DNA of 64,000 nt from Lachnospiraceae bacterium (lineage in GTDB: Bacteria; Bacillota; Clostridia; Lachnospirales; Lachnospiraceae): contig JAFUTQ010000066.1 in NCBI GenBank assembly GCA_017484135.1, forward strand, positions 754 to 64,753, given 5' to 3'. The notes below the pieces were generated by a model, which was not told where the DNA came from, ran no database searches, and saw nothing but the letters and a program-made list of their open reading frames with translations. Below are positions 1 through 8,562 of the stretch, one piece after another; the stretch's first letter is position 1, and each line of letters begins with the position of its first letter. A program made the translations under genes and the position numbers.

Positions 1-221
1 AAAGGTCGGGTATTGCCGGAAGCAATATCATCTATACCTTCTTTGATCTGGCTATATAGTTCAAAGCGACTGGTTAATTCTTCGTAGGCTTCAATGCTCA
101 TAACAGCAAGGTCGCCTTTTCCATTCTTCGTAATAAAAACCGGTTCCGGATAACTATGACAAAATGTAGAGATTTCGTTGTAGTTATTTCGTAAATCAGC
201 GCTTGATCTGATTGCTGGCAT
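1..221 (-). CDS. Phd/YefM-family antitoxin (partial, runs off window start)
   Basis: Manual translation from ATG at 221 gives MPAIRSSADLRNNYNEISTFCHSYPEPVFITKNGKGDLAVMSIEAYEEL, with the typical PVFITKNG..D..VMS motif. RBS AAGGAGGT lies upstream. Absent from the ORF track because it has no stop in the window. Confidence 0.85.
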   Translation of the reverse strand, partial: MPAIRSSADLRNNYNEISTFCHSYPEPVFITKNGKGDLAVMSIEAYEELTSRFELYSQIKEGIDDIASGNTRP

Positions 222-290
222 AATGAATACCTCCTTGCTTATAACGAAATTATACACAAATTCTGTTATATAGTCAATGAAAATGTGAAT

Positions 291-424
291 ATCGCGTACA
301 AACGTGGCATCTCGTTTACAAAAATGGCATCTGGCGTACAAAACTGGCGTTTCGATTACAAATATTCACTTTTCAATTTATAAACAAGCATCTCGCCTTA
401 CAAACTGGCGTCTCGGATTACAAC
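291..424. repeat. Degenerate ~20-bp tandem repeat (consensus TGGCRTCTCGNNTACAAAMM)
   Basis: Units start at 305, 325, 345, 386 and 406, with a partial unit at 291 and a decayed unit at ~365. Confidence 0.7.
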
Positions 425-489
425 TCAGCAGCGAAATGGATGAGAGCTATGAAATACGTCACCTTTTTTATTCACAATACATGGATAAA

Positions 490-543
490 TTATCGAATTA
501 CGATAAAAAATCATTGACAAACAATAGGATGGATTGTTATACT
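490..543 (+). promoter_or_regulatory. SigA promoter with upstream palindromic operator for the DUF2975-HTH operon
   Basis: TTGACA (514-519), 18-nt spacer, TGnTATACT (-10 at 538-543). Palindrome TTATCG-N5-CGATAA at 490-506. Confidence 0.7.
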
Positions 544-574
544 GGATGAGTGCAGAAAAGGAGGTAGATGTCAA

Positions 575-1054
575 ATGGAACAAAAAGCTTTGACAAAGTG
601 GCTTAAGATCATTCTCATAGGGGTAGGAATCTGCGGGCTGATTGTGTATATTGTGATATTTCCAAGTTATGGTCAGTCCTTGGTATATGAGTATCCAGAG
701 TTTTCAAATCGGTATTGGCCGTGGCTGATCTTTCTTTGGGTCAGCGGAATACCCTGTTACACTGTCCTTGTTTTTGGGTGGAAAATCGCTTCTAACATAG
801 GGAAAGACAGATCATTTTCTAACGAAAACGCCGGATATCTCAAGTGGATATCGTGGCTTGCTGCTGCCGATGGAATATTTTTCTTTGTAGGAAACATTGT
901 TCTTTTGTTTACGAACATGAGCCATCCGGGAATTGCCCTATTTTCACTTTTGGTAGTATTTGCAGGAGTCGCTGTTGCTGTAGCTTCCGCAGCTTTATCT
1001 CATCTGGTGCAGAAAGCCGCTGTTCTGCAGCAACAGAGCGATCTCACGATTTGA
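575..1054 (+). CDS. DUF2975-family membrane protein
   Basis: Four hydrophobic segments, SFSNEN motif, C-terminal A..LQQQSDLTI, followed by a Cro/CI HTH gene as is typical for the family. Confidence 0.85.
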   Translation: MEQKALTKWLKIILIGVGICGLIVYIVIFPSYGQSLVYEYPEFSNRYWPWLIFLWVSGIPCYTVLVFGWKIASNIGKDRSFSNENAGYLKWISWLAAADGIFFFVGNIVLLFTNMSHPGIALFSLLVVFAGVAVAVASAALSHLVQKAAVLQQQSDLTI

Positions 1055-1066
1055 CGGGAGGGGCAT

Positions 1067-1288
1067 ATGGACGGCGATATTATTTTTAACATCGATGTTA
1101 TGCTTGCAAAACGCAAAATGAGTGTTACTGAGCTTGCGGATAAAGTTGGAATAACTGTAACAAATATGTCTATTCTAAAGACGGGAAAGGCAAAAGCAAT
1201 AAAGGTGAGTACCCTGGCGAAGTTGTGTGAAGCTCTGGAATGCCAGCCTGGAGATATTCTGGAATATAGACAGAAGCAGGAGGTATGA
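1067..1288 (+). CDS. Cro/CI (XRE, YozG-like) HTH transcriptional regulator
   Basis: IDVMLAKRKMSVTELADKVGIT..NMSILKTGKAKAIK..TL..LCEAL.CQPGDILEY. Confidence 0.92.
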   Translation: MDGDIIFNIDVMLAKRKMSVTELADKVGITVTNMSILKTGKAKAIKVSTLAKLCEALECQPGDILEYRQKQEV

Positions 1289-1785
1289 CGGACGTGAACA
1301 AAAAAGTCGGTATTATTGGAATTGTTGTATCAATTTTAGTTATTAGTGTGTTGTTGCTTTTTCTGTTGCCTACGAAAAGCACTATCGTTTATTCGGCTGT
1401 TAGTAAGACGTCGTATCTGGATGAAAATACACAGCAGGATATGAAGTCTTTGTCAGCGGATAAGGTATCTGTTATGCATGGTACGACAGATAATATGGGA
1501 GAAAAGGTTACAACGTTGTTGGTAACATTTCCTAAAACCATGCCGATAAAACTAAAAGATGTGACATATAATGAAAATACGGATGCAATTGTGATTAACA
1601 CTACGGAGGCATCTGAAGACCAGTGTGATTCGAGCGTATGGGTTAGCTTTGGAGATGTTTTTTATCCAAAAAATACGACGGTTTATGTTGATGATGAACT
1701 TGTAAATTACGATTATAAGGAGTTGACACATTCTATCGTGTATGATAAAAAGGGATTTTTAAAGCTTTTCCCCATTGGTTCTTAA
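1285..1785 (+). CDS. Hypothetical membrane-anchored/secreted protein, AT-rich
   Basis: N-terminal TM helix, RBS AGGAGG, ATGA overlap with the HTH gene stop, and visibly lower GC than its neighbours. Confidence 0.65.
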   Translation: MTDVNKKVGIIGIVVSILVISVLLLFLLPTKSTIVYSAVSKTSYLDENTQQDMKSLSADKVSVMHGTTDNMGEKVTTLLVTFPKTMPIKLKDVTYNENTDAIVINTTEASEDQCDSSVWVSFGDVFYPKNTTVYVDDELVNYDYKELTHSIVYDKKGFLKLFPIGS

Positions 1786-2995
1786 TGTCCTGTTATCTAC
1801 CTCGCTGGGAAACAGTGCCCAGTCCATGATCATGTTGGAAAAATGTACGCTTCCCATCAGTGTCGGGGAATATCTGCTGCTTTATGTGGCGGTCAATGTC
1901 CTGCTTGTGCTTGCGGCAGCATTGTTTGCATGGCTGTGGATGGAACTATTCCGAACCCGGCTGGATCTCACGCAGGTAAATTTTATCGGCACAAGGGCAT
2001 ACCTAAACGAAATCTACCGGGAGTATGAGGGAGTGGACGATGGCAGGCTTCGCGCATGGATGGCCGAAAAACAGGCAGAGCTTGAACAGGTCACACAGGA
2101 GTATGAGACAAAAGTGGCGGAGTACGCGGCAGGGAGCATCAGTGACGCGGAATTTGATTCCGCAGCGCAGCGTTACAGCTCCTATTCCACCATGATTGCA
2201 GCGGTGGGGCAGTTGGAGGAGCAGCTTGCGTATGTGGATCGGCTGAAGGAGGAGCGGGACATTGACGTTTGGATCGTCAATGAAAGACCCTACCGGCTTC
2301 TGTGGACGGAAAATGGTCTCTGGGTGGGAAGCGGTTATGAGGAGCAGGAATTTATAGCAATTGCAAATGTGATTTTGATCATTTTTTTGATGTCGTCTGT
2401 TTTTTCTTATGATAAGAGCTGCGGAATGTATGGCGTCATCCGCTGTACAAAGGGGGGACGAATAAGCCTGTTTCGAAAAAAGACAGGAATCGCTGCATTG
2501 GTCTGTGTGCTGGTCAGTGGAGTTTCCTATGGCTTAAGGTTTTGGGAGGTCTGCAGAAACGATCCGCTGCACTGTCTGAACGCACCCGTACAGAGTCTCC
2601 GGTTTCTGGAGGACTTTCCGTTGCCGGTATCCATCGGGGGCTTTTTGTGCATCGTATTTTTGCTCCATGTGGGGGTGCTGACGGCACTGGCTTATGTGAC
2701 CAGTGAAATGACTTATTTGTTAAAAAGCATAAAAGGGGTGCTTTGTACCATCCTGATTGCAGTGGTGCCCCAGATCCTGTACATGCTGGGGCTGGAATGG
2801 TGCTATGATCTGTCGCTGGTGCAGCCCCTTGTCTATGTGGAGCTTTTGAACGGGGGCGGATTTTACAGGAGTCTTGCAGCAGTGCTTTTTGTGCTGGGGA
2901 TCGGTGCGTGCAGTTGCTTTTTATTAAAAATTCAATGGTGCGGAAGGGGGAAGGGCGATGAAATTAGCGCTCAGAAACGTATGCAAAAAGTATAG
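1775..2995 (+). pseudogene. ABC transporter permease remnant (5'-truncated)
   Basis: Multi-TM ABC-2-like features (FSYDKSCGMYGVIRCTKGGR..LF.KK; APVQSL..L..FP.P.S.G.F). The ORF starts mid-domain with no RBS, at the GC shift near 1785. Confidence 0.55.
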
Positions 2996-3824
2996 AGATT
3001 TTTATGCGATCAAGGATTTTTCGATGGAGCTGTCCGAGGGGATTCATGGCATTCTGGGACCAAACGGAGCGGGAAAATCGACGCTGATGAATCTTTTGAC
3101 GGAAAATCTGGAACTGACATCGGGGGAGATTACTCTGGATGGGAAAAATATTGTGTCCATGGGAGAAGCGTACCGCAGCCTGATCGGTTATATGCCCCAG
3201 CAGCAGGGCTTTTACGAGCAGTTTTCACCCACAGAGTTTTTGCATTATATCGGAGGGCTGAAGGATATCAAAAAAAGCGTCCGGACAGAGCAGATTGCCT
3301 ACTGGCTGGAAAAGCTCAATTTATACCAGTGGCGGAATCAAAGGATGGGAGGCTTTTCCGGCGGGATGCTGCAGAGAGTGCTGCTGGCACAGGCCCTTTT
3401 AGGCAGTCCGAAGATACTGATACTGGATGAGCCGACGGCGGGACTGGACCCAAGGGAGCGCATCAACATGCGCAATATCATTGCGGAAATTTCCAAGGAT
3501 AAAATCATTCTTATCGCAACGCACATCGTATCGGATATCGAATTGATCGCAGACGATATCATTCTGACCAGACAGGGACAGTGCGTGCGTCAGGGAACCA
3601 CCGGCGAATTGCTGGAGACACTTCAGGGAAAGGTCGGAGAATGTCCCTGCAAAAAGGAAGAGATTCTATCTCTGCAGGAGCGATATGGTGTGGGAAATAT
3701 TTTTCTGCAATCAGATGGGGTATATTTTCGGAAGGTGGGAGATGATTTGCCGGAGAATTTCCGTCCCGTATCCGAAAATCTGTCGCTTGAAGATGTGTAT
3801 CTGTATTATTTTGAAATTCGTTAA
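2958..3824 (+). CDS. ABC transporter ATP-binding protein
   Basis: Walker A GPNGAGKST, signature FSGGM, Walker B ILILDEP, H-loop ATH. Confidence 0.95.
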   Translation: MKLALRNVCKKYRDFYAIKDFSMELSEGIHGILGPNGAGKSTLMNLLTENLELTSGEITLDGKNIVSMGEAYRSLIGYMPQQQGFYEQFSPTEFLHYIGGLKDIKKSVRTEQIAYWLEKLNLYQWRNQRMGGFSGGMLQRVLLAQALLGSPKILILDEPTAGLDPRERINMRNIIAEISKDKIILIATHIVSDIELIADDIILTRQGQCVRQGTTGELLETLQGKVGECPCKKEEILSLQERYGVGNIFLQSDGVYFRKVGDDLPENFRPVSENLSLEDVYLYYFEIR

Positions 3825-3881
3825 AAAATCAAGACAAACATTTGAGATTTTCTGAGATTAATTCATAATGGTAAGCAGCCA

Positions 3882-5135
3882 TCATTTTTCCTCCCGCTGT
3901 TTATAATATTCATGCACCAGACTCCGATATCCCCAGCTTTTCAGCTGCTCATAGCGGATGCGGTAGTTCCCCTTATAGTGGCGTCCGGTCACACAGTAGC
4001 GGATATATTCCTGCATATAGGCATCGATCTCCCGAAGCCCGGTATCCACCGTCAGATAGGGGAAAAACCAGCGCTGCCAGCAGAAATCATCCTCCGAATC
4101 CGTGCCGTAGAATTTACGGTTCATGGCACGGATAAATCCGATCGCAGCCTTGTCCGGGGACAGGTCTTTCTTCCGCTGCCACCGCCGCAGTGCCTTTGCC
4201 TTGCGGTGGATTTTGCTCTTTATTTTGCGCTTCGTGTTGTCGGAAAGATCCAACACGCCATCCTGATAGGAAAAACCCAGAAATTCCCATTTTCCGTGCG
4301 GCAGAGTGACGCTTTCCTTTTCCGGGTTGATGGAAAGTCCGTGCGCATCCAGACAGGTCTTCAAAAGATTCTGATACGCGCTTAGCTCCTGCTGCGTATC
4401 CGCAAAGATTAAAATATCATCTGAGTACCGGAAATAGTCAATCCCCTTAGAAAAAAACAATTCATCCACATCCTTTAAGTACCAGTTTGCAAAAAAAGGA
4501 GCGATCGGAAGACCTGCCATGCCGCCGTGGGAATCCGTGACCAGTCGGTTGTTTTCCATGACAAGGGGCTGCATCAGAATCCGTTCAAAAATCTCATAGA
4601 CCACCGGATCTGCAGCGCGGATGGGAGACAGTTTGGACAGCAAAAGCTCCGGCTCAATGGAATTAAAATAGTTTCGGATATCTGCTTTGTAGCAGTATTT
4701 ATGTTTCAATGCGGGGTGGTTTTGGATATGGCGGATCGCATGCCCGACGCTGCGATTGCGGCGAAACGCATAGCAGTTAACGCAAAAAAATTCGTCATAG
4801 CGGTACAGGGAAAAAGCCAGAAGCTTCAACACATAATTGACCTCTTCCGAAAAGGTATATACGATACGTTTTTTGGTAACGTTTTCTTTGTTGATGCGTT
4901 TTTTGACGGGATATTCCTGCGGAAAGGAGCCTGCTTCAATCTGAGCGCTGTAAACCAGATAGCGTTTGTCCCCGATAAAGGCAGATAATCCGTCGGTCTC
5001 ACGCTTCGACAAATGTTTTTGTTCGGTTTTTTGTGTAAAAAAAAGCTCCCAATACCGGGGGTCTTTTAAGAGTGAGAGAAAATCCGTGTTGTTTTTTTGT
5101 TCTGTGTCACAAGAAATCATAGCGTTATTTTCCAA
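3882..5135 (-). CDS. Stand-alone reverse transcriptase (group II-like/UG type; not a canonical retron or DGR RT)
   Basis: RT motifs KKRIVY, YAFRRNRS, YKADIRNYFNSI, GGMAGLPIAPFFANWYL, YFRYSDDILIF, GLSINPEK and WEFLGF. No endonuclease domain. Start could be TTG 5135 or ATG 5120. Confidence 0.93.
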   Translation of the reverse strand: MENNAMISCDTEQKNNTDFLSLLKDPRYWELFFTQKTEQKHLSKRETDGLSAFIGDKRYLVYSAQIEAGSFPQEYPVKKRINKENVTKKRIVYTFSEEVNYVLKLLAFSLYRYDEFFCVNCYAFRRNRSVGHAIRHIQNHPALKHKYCYKADIRNYFNSIEPELLLSKLSPIRAADPVVYEIFERILMQPLVMENNRLVTDSHGGMAGLPIAPFFANWYLKDVDELFFSKGIDYFRYSDDILIFADTQQELSAYQNLLKTCLDAHGLSINPEKESVTLPHGKWEFLGFSYQDGVLDLSDNTKRKIKSKIHRKAKALRRWQRKKDLSPDKAAIGFIRAMNRKFYGTDSEDDFCWQRWFFPYLTVDTGLREIDAYMQEYIRYCVTGRHYKGNYRIRYEQLKSWGYRSLVHEYYKQREEK

Positions 5136-5166
5136 TCTTCATCCCTGATATAAAAATCACAAAAAT

Positions 5167-5322
5167 ATAAAAAAGAAAGAGAAAATGCTTTGATAGGAAT
5201 AAAGCTGTGCTTATTCCACCGGGCGGAACAGTCCTCCATTACCCGCAAAATGCACCTCTGTGTACAAGGACTGCTTGACCCCTCGCGGGTGTAACAAGGG
5301 TTACATTTCTCTTTCTTTTTAT
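5167..5322 (-). ncRNA. Putative structured ncRNA immediately upstream of the RT
   Basis: A perfect 15-bp inverted repeat (5170-5184 / 5306-5320, extendable with bulges) encloses hairpins at 5291-5304, 5278-5290, 5229-5273 and 5196-5217. The wobble pairs are G-U on the minus (RT-sense) strand. Confidence 0.7.
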
Positions 5323-5337
5323 CAAAATAAAAAAATC

Positions 5338-5895
5338 TTACAAACTCTCCTGTATCTTTTGTGAGATGTAGGAGGTTTCATTTGGAAGGTGCGTCATCAG
5401 ATTGATACAGGACACACCGGCGTTTTCCGCGGCCTCATGGGACAGGCGCACGGCGCGGCGTTGATAATCATTGCGATTGGTCAGCACCATGATCATGCAT
5501 TTCGGCTGTCCGTTCTGATAAACGCCATAGCTGTAATCCCGTGCCTCGGGATTTGCCTGCAGTTCGGAGGCAGGTACGCTGCTGCGCAGTGTCAAAATAG
5601 TCGCCGGATCAATCCGATCGCGATTGAGTTCGGTCAGTACACTCTGAATCCGGTTGTCGATGGTCTGAGGGTCAGCGCCGACCGCCGTCTGTTTCCTGAC
5701 CGTTGCGGCCTGGTTCGGCTGTGCCGCGGTCTTCGACTGTGTCGCCGTAGTGGTGCTTGGTGTATTGGCAGGGGAAGAAGAACCCTGTCCGAACTGGTTC
5801 AGCCCTTTCCGGACCGCATCGGTAACTGTCTGATCTACTACCGATGTAATGGCGCGTCTTGCTTCCCGGCTCAACAAATTTGATAAAAAACTCAT
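5338..5895 (-). CDS. Hypothetical protein co-oriented upstream of the ncRNA-RT
   Basis: ATG 5895 with RBS GGGAGG. N-terminal amphipathic helix, T/A/Q-rich linker, ~110-aa C-terminal alpha/beta domain. Confidence 0.75.
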   Translation of the reverse strand: MSFLSNLLSREARRAITSVVDQTVTDAVRKGLNQFGQGSSSPANTPSTTTATQSKTAAQPNQAATVRKQTAVGADPQTIDNRIQSVLTELNRDRIDPATILTLRSSVPASELQANPEARDYSYGVYQNGQPKCMIMVLTNRNDYQRRAVRLSHEAAENAGVSCINLMTHLPNETSYISQKIQESL

Positions 5896-5937
5896 GAGGA
5901 ACCTCCCATTTCTTTTGGTGTATTTCCAACTTTTTCC

Positions 5938-5966
5938 ATCATAGCATAAACTCCGTTTTCTCACAA
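5938..5966 (-). promoter_or_regulatory. SigA promoter for the hypothetical gene-ncRNA-RT unit
   Basis: Minus strand reads TTGTGA-17 nt-TATGAT with an extended TG. Confidence 0.6.
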
Positions 5967-6064
5967 GGTAAAATATTATATACAGTAACCCTGTCGACAT
6001 GGTTTCTGTTTACTTCCGAACCATGCACTTGCTGTCACGGGGGCAGGTATGCTACAATGAAGCC

Positions 6065-7042
6065 ATGAAAACCATCAAAGAAGATATCGAAAACGGAAGT
6101 ATTAAAAGACTCTATCTCCTGTACGGCGAGGAGGCCTACTTAAAACGGCAGTATCGGGACAAGCTGAAAAATGCACTGGTAGCGGAGGGCGATACGATGA
6201 ACCTCTCCTGCTTTGAAGGAAAGGATGTGAATGTCCGTCAGCTGATTGACCAGTCGGAGACCCTCCCGTTCTTTCAGGAACGGCGTGTGATTCTGGTAGA
6301 GGGATGCGGATTTTTCAAGAATGCGAATGAGGAGCTGACCGAATATCTGCCGCAGATACCGGAAACTACATGCATCATCTTTGTGGAGGATGAGGTGGAC
6401 AAGCGTTCCAAGGCGTACAAGGCGGTCACGCGTATCGGACGAGCAGTAGATTTTTCCAGACCCGATGAAAAGACACTGATACGCTGGCTGGAAAAGCGTG
6501 TAATAAAAGAAAATAAAACGATCTCACGCACCGCACTGGAATGCTTTATCGGGATTGCCGGAGCGGATATGGAGAGCATGGATCATGAGATGGAAAAGCT
6601 CCTTTGCTACACCATGGACAAGCAGGAGATCACATTACAGGACATTCAGGACATTTGTGTGGGGCAGACGGAAAATCATATTTTCCAGATGGTGGATGCA
6701 ATATCTGCCCGGGATCAGGCAAAGGCATTGACCCTGTATTATGAGCTTCTGGAACTTAAGGAGCCGCCCATGCGGATTCTGTTTCTGATTGCGCGGCAAT
6801 TCCGAAACCTGTTGCTGATAAAGAGCATGTCCATGAAGGGCTATCCGAAGGACGCAATCGCAAAGAATGCAGGGATTCCGGTTTTTGCCGTATCCAAAAA
6901 CCTGTCCCAGGCCAAAGCCTTTTCTCCGGATCAGCTGAAGCAGATGATATCGGATTGCGCACAGGCGGAGGAGGATGTGAAGCTGGGACGGCTGAATGAC
7001 AGTCTGGCGGTAGAGCTTTTGATTGTGCCATTCAGCACTTGA
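6065..7042 (+). CDS. holA: DNA polymerase III delta subunit
   Basis: LYLLYGEEAYL, TLPFF..RRVILV, EMEKL..Y. Adjacent to rpsT. Start moved to MKTIKEDI. Confidence 0.93.
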   Translation: MKTIKEDIENGSIKRLYLLYGEEAYLKRQYRDKLKNALVAEGDTMNLSCFEGKDVNVRQLIDQSETLPFFQERRVILVEGCGFFKNANEELTEYLPQIPETTCIIFVEDEVDKRSKAYKAVTRIGRAVDFSRPDEKTLIRWLEKRVIKENKTISRTALECFIGIAGADMESMDHEMEKLLCYTMDKQEITLQDIQDICVGQTENHIFQMVDAISARDQAKALTLYYELLELKEPPMRILFLIARQFRNLLLIKSMSMKGYPKDAIAKNAGIPVFAVSKNLSQAKAFSPDQLKQMISDCAQAEEDVKLGRLNDSLAVELLIVPFST

Positions 7043-7094
7043 CCATAGCATTCGGCGTAAGCCGAAATACTTCCTTATGCACCCCTGCGCATAA

Positions 7095-7126
7095 AAAACC
7101 ACCGGTATGACGGTACCGGTGGTTTT
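7095..7126. terminator. Bidirectional intrinsic terminator between holA and rpsT
   Basis: AAAACCACCGGTA-loop-TACCGGTGGTTTT between convergent genes. Confidence 0.85.
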
Positions 7127-7155
7127 GCGTTTTATGTGTCGGGAAAGAAATCCGG

Positions 7156-7419
7156 CTAGGCCAGCTTATTCACGGCCAGACTCAAACGGGAAATCTTTCT
7201 GGATGCATTATTCTTGTGATAAACACCCTTGGAAGCAGCCTTGTTAATCTCAGAAGTGGCAGCGGTCAGAGCAGCTTGTGCAGCAGCCTTGTCCTTTGCC
7301 GAAATTGCAGCCTCCACCTTTTTGATTGATGTCTTAACTCTGGAACGGATTGCCTTATTTCTGTCGGCCTTCGTTCTATTGACAAGAATTCTTTTCTTAG
7401 CAGATTTAATGTTTGCCAA
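7156..7419 (-). CDS. rpsT: 30S ribosomal protein S20
   Basis: (M)ANIKSAKKRI...KGVYHKNNASRKISRL. TTG start after GGAGGT. Confidence 0.97.
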   Translation of the reverse strand: MANIKSAKKRILVNRTKADRNKAIRSRVKTSIKKVEAAISAKDKAAAQAALTAATSEINKAASKGVYHKNNASRKISRLSLAVNKLA

Positions 7420-7614
7420 CCTGTACACCTCCAATGTATCTCATGATTCAATAATCAGTTCGCTGTTTCATTAAAGCCGGACACGGACGTGCTAATGAAA
7501 ACATACTATGATAGTTTAGCCCAGCTTTTTCATTCTGTCAATACATAATTCGGGAAAAATTGTAAAAAATGTTACTACTATTATCATTTAGGAAAGGATG
7601 CGAAGGAAAGCGAC

Positions 7615-8556
7615 ATGTTTCAGGTGAGAACGGATTTGGCCTTAGAGTCTAAGGAAAAATTCGACAAGGACAATGTAGAGATCAAGGGGGTGCGTGTGGA
7701 GGAGGAACAGGTGTCACAGGAAATCCATATCACGAGGGTGTATATCGATACCGAGAATGGTGCCCGCACGATGGGAAAGCCCAGAGGAAGCTATATCACA
7801 TTGGAGGCAATGAATATGCTGGAGGAGGATGAGAGCTACCACCGGGAGGTTTCGGAGGAACTGGCCAAAATTGTGCGAACCATGATGCCCAAAAAAAAGC
7901 AGGACATGTCCGTGCTGATCGTAGGTCTGGGCAACCGCAAGGTTACACCGGACGCACTGGGGCCGAATGTGGTGGATAACATCATGATTACCAGACATAT
8001 AGTGCGGGAATTTGGAAAATATGCCCTGGAAAATCCAAAGGTCAAGATTGTCAGTGCCATCGTGCCGGGGGTGATGGCACAGACCGGAATGGAATCCAGC
8101 GAGATCATTTCCGGTGTGATCGCGGAGACGAAGCCGGATCTGGTGGTGGTGGTAGATGCGCTGGCTGCGCGCAGTGTCAGACGCTTAAACCGCACCATTC
8201 AGATCACGGATACCGGGATCAACCCCGGCTCGGGTGTGGGAAACCATCGGCACGCCATCAACAAGGAGAGCGTGGGAGTTCCGGTCATTGCCATAGGAAT
8301 TCCCACTGTGGTGGATGCCGCGACGATTGTATCGGATACCATGAATGAGCTGATCACAGAAATGAATCGTTCCCAGACCTTAAATCATGTGGGCAATGCG
8401 CTTTCCGGTCTGGATGACATCGAAAAGCATGAGCTTGCGCGGGAGCTGCTGTCGCCGAATCTGAATGCAATGTTTGTCACGCCGAAGGATATCGACGAGG
8501 CAGTCAAAAGGCTGAGCTATACGGTTTCGGAAGGCTTGAACCTTGCGTTTTCGTAG
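7615..8556 (+). CDS. gpr: Germination protease GPR
   Basis: RTDLALE, VGLGN..VTPDALGP, DALAAR, GINPGSGVGNHR, VTPKDID. Confidence 0.96.
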   Translation: MFQVRTDLALESKEKFDKDNVEIKGVRVEEEQVSQEIHITRVYIDTENGARTMGKPRGSYITLEAMNMLEEDESYHREVSEELAKIVRTMMPKKKQDMSVLIVGLGNRKVTPDALGPNVVDNIMITRHIVREFGKYALENPKVKIVSAIVPGVMAQTGMESSEIISGVIAETKPDLVVVVDALAARSVRRLNRTIQITDTGINPGSGVGNHRHAINKESVGVPVIAIGIPTVVDAATIVSDTMNELITEMNRSQTLNHVGNALSGLDDIEKHELARELLSPNLNAMFVTPKDIDEAVKRLSYTVSEGLNLAFS

Positions 8557-8562
8557 GGAATT

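Noticed and set aside
291-424. Possible CRISPR array
   Set aside because: The units are adjacent with no unique spacers, are degenerate, and there are no cas genes.
304-549. 81-aa ORF in the track
   Set aside because: It overlaps the 20-bp repeat array and the DUF2975 promoter and has no RBS, so it is likely spurious.
3825-3881. TGAGAT direct repeats at 10-bp spacing between the ABC ATPase and RT stops
   Set aside because: Could be a relic regulator site, but two 6-mers in AT-rich DNA are too weak to call.
3882-5135. RT as group II intron, DGR or canonical retron
   Set aside because: There is no room or sequence for intron domains V/VI after the stop. There is no SQ motif, avd or TR/VR pair for a DGR. 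NAxxH and RT7 VTG are absent; the VTG near the C-terminus is out of position.
5188-5303. Hidden neo-like ORF in the RT-associated RNA
   Set aside because: The cDNA-sense frames are open for only about 30 codons, which is expected by chance, and template boundaries are unknown.
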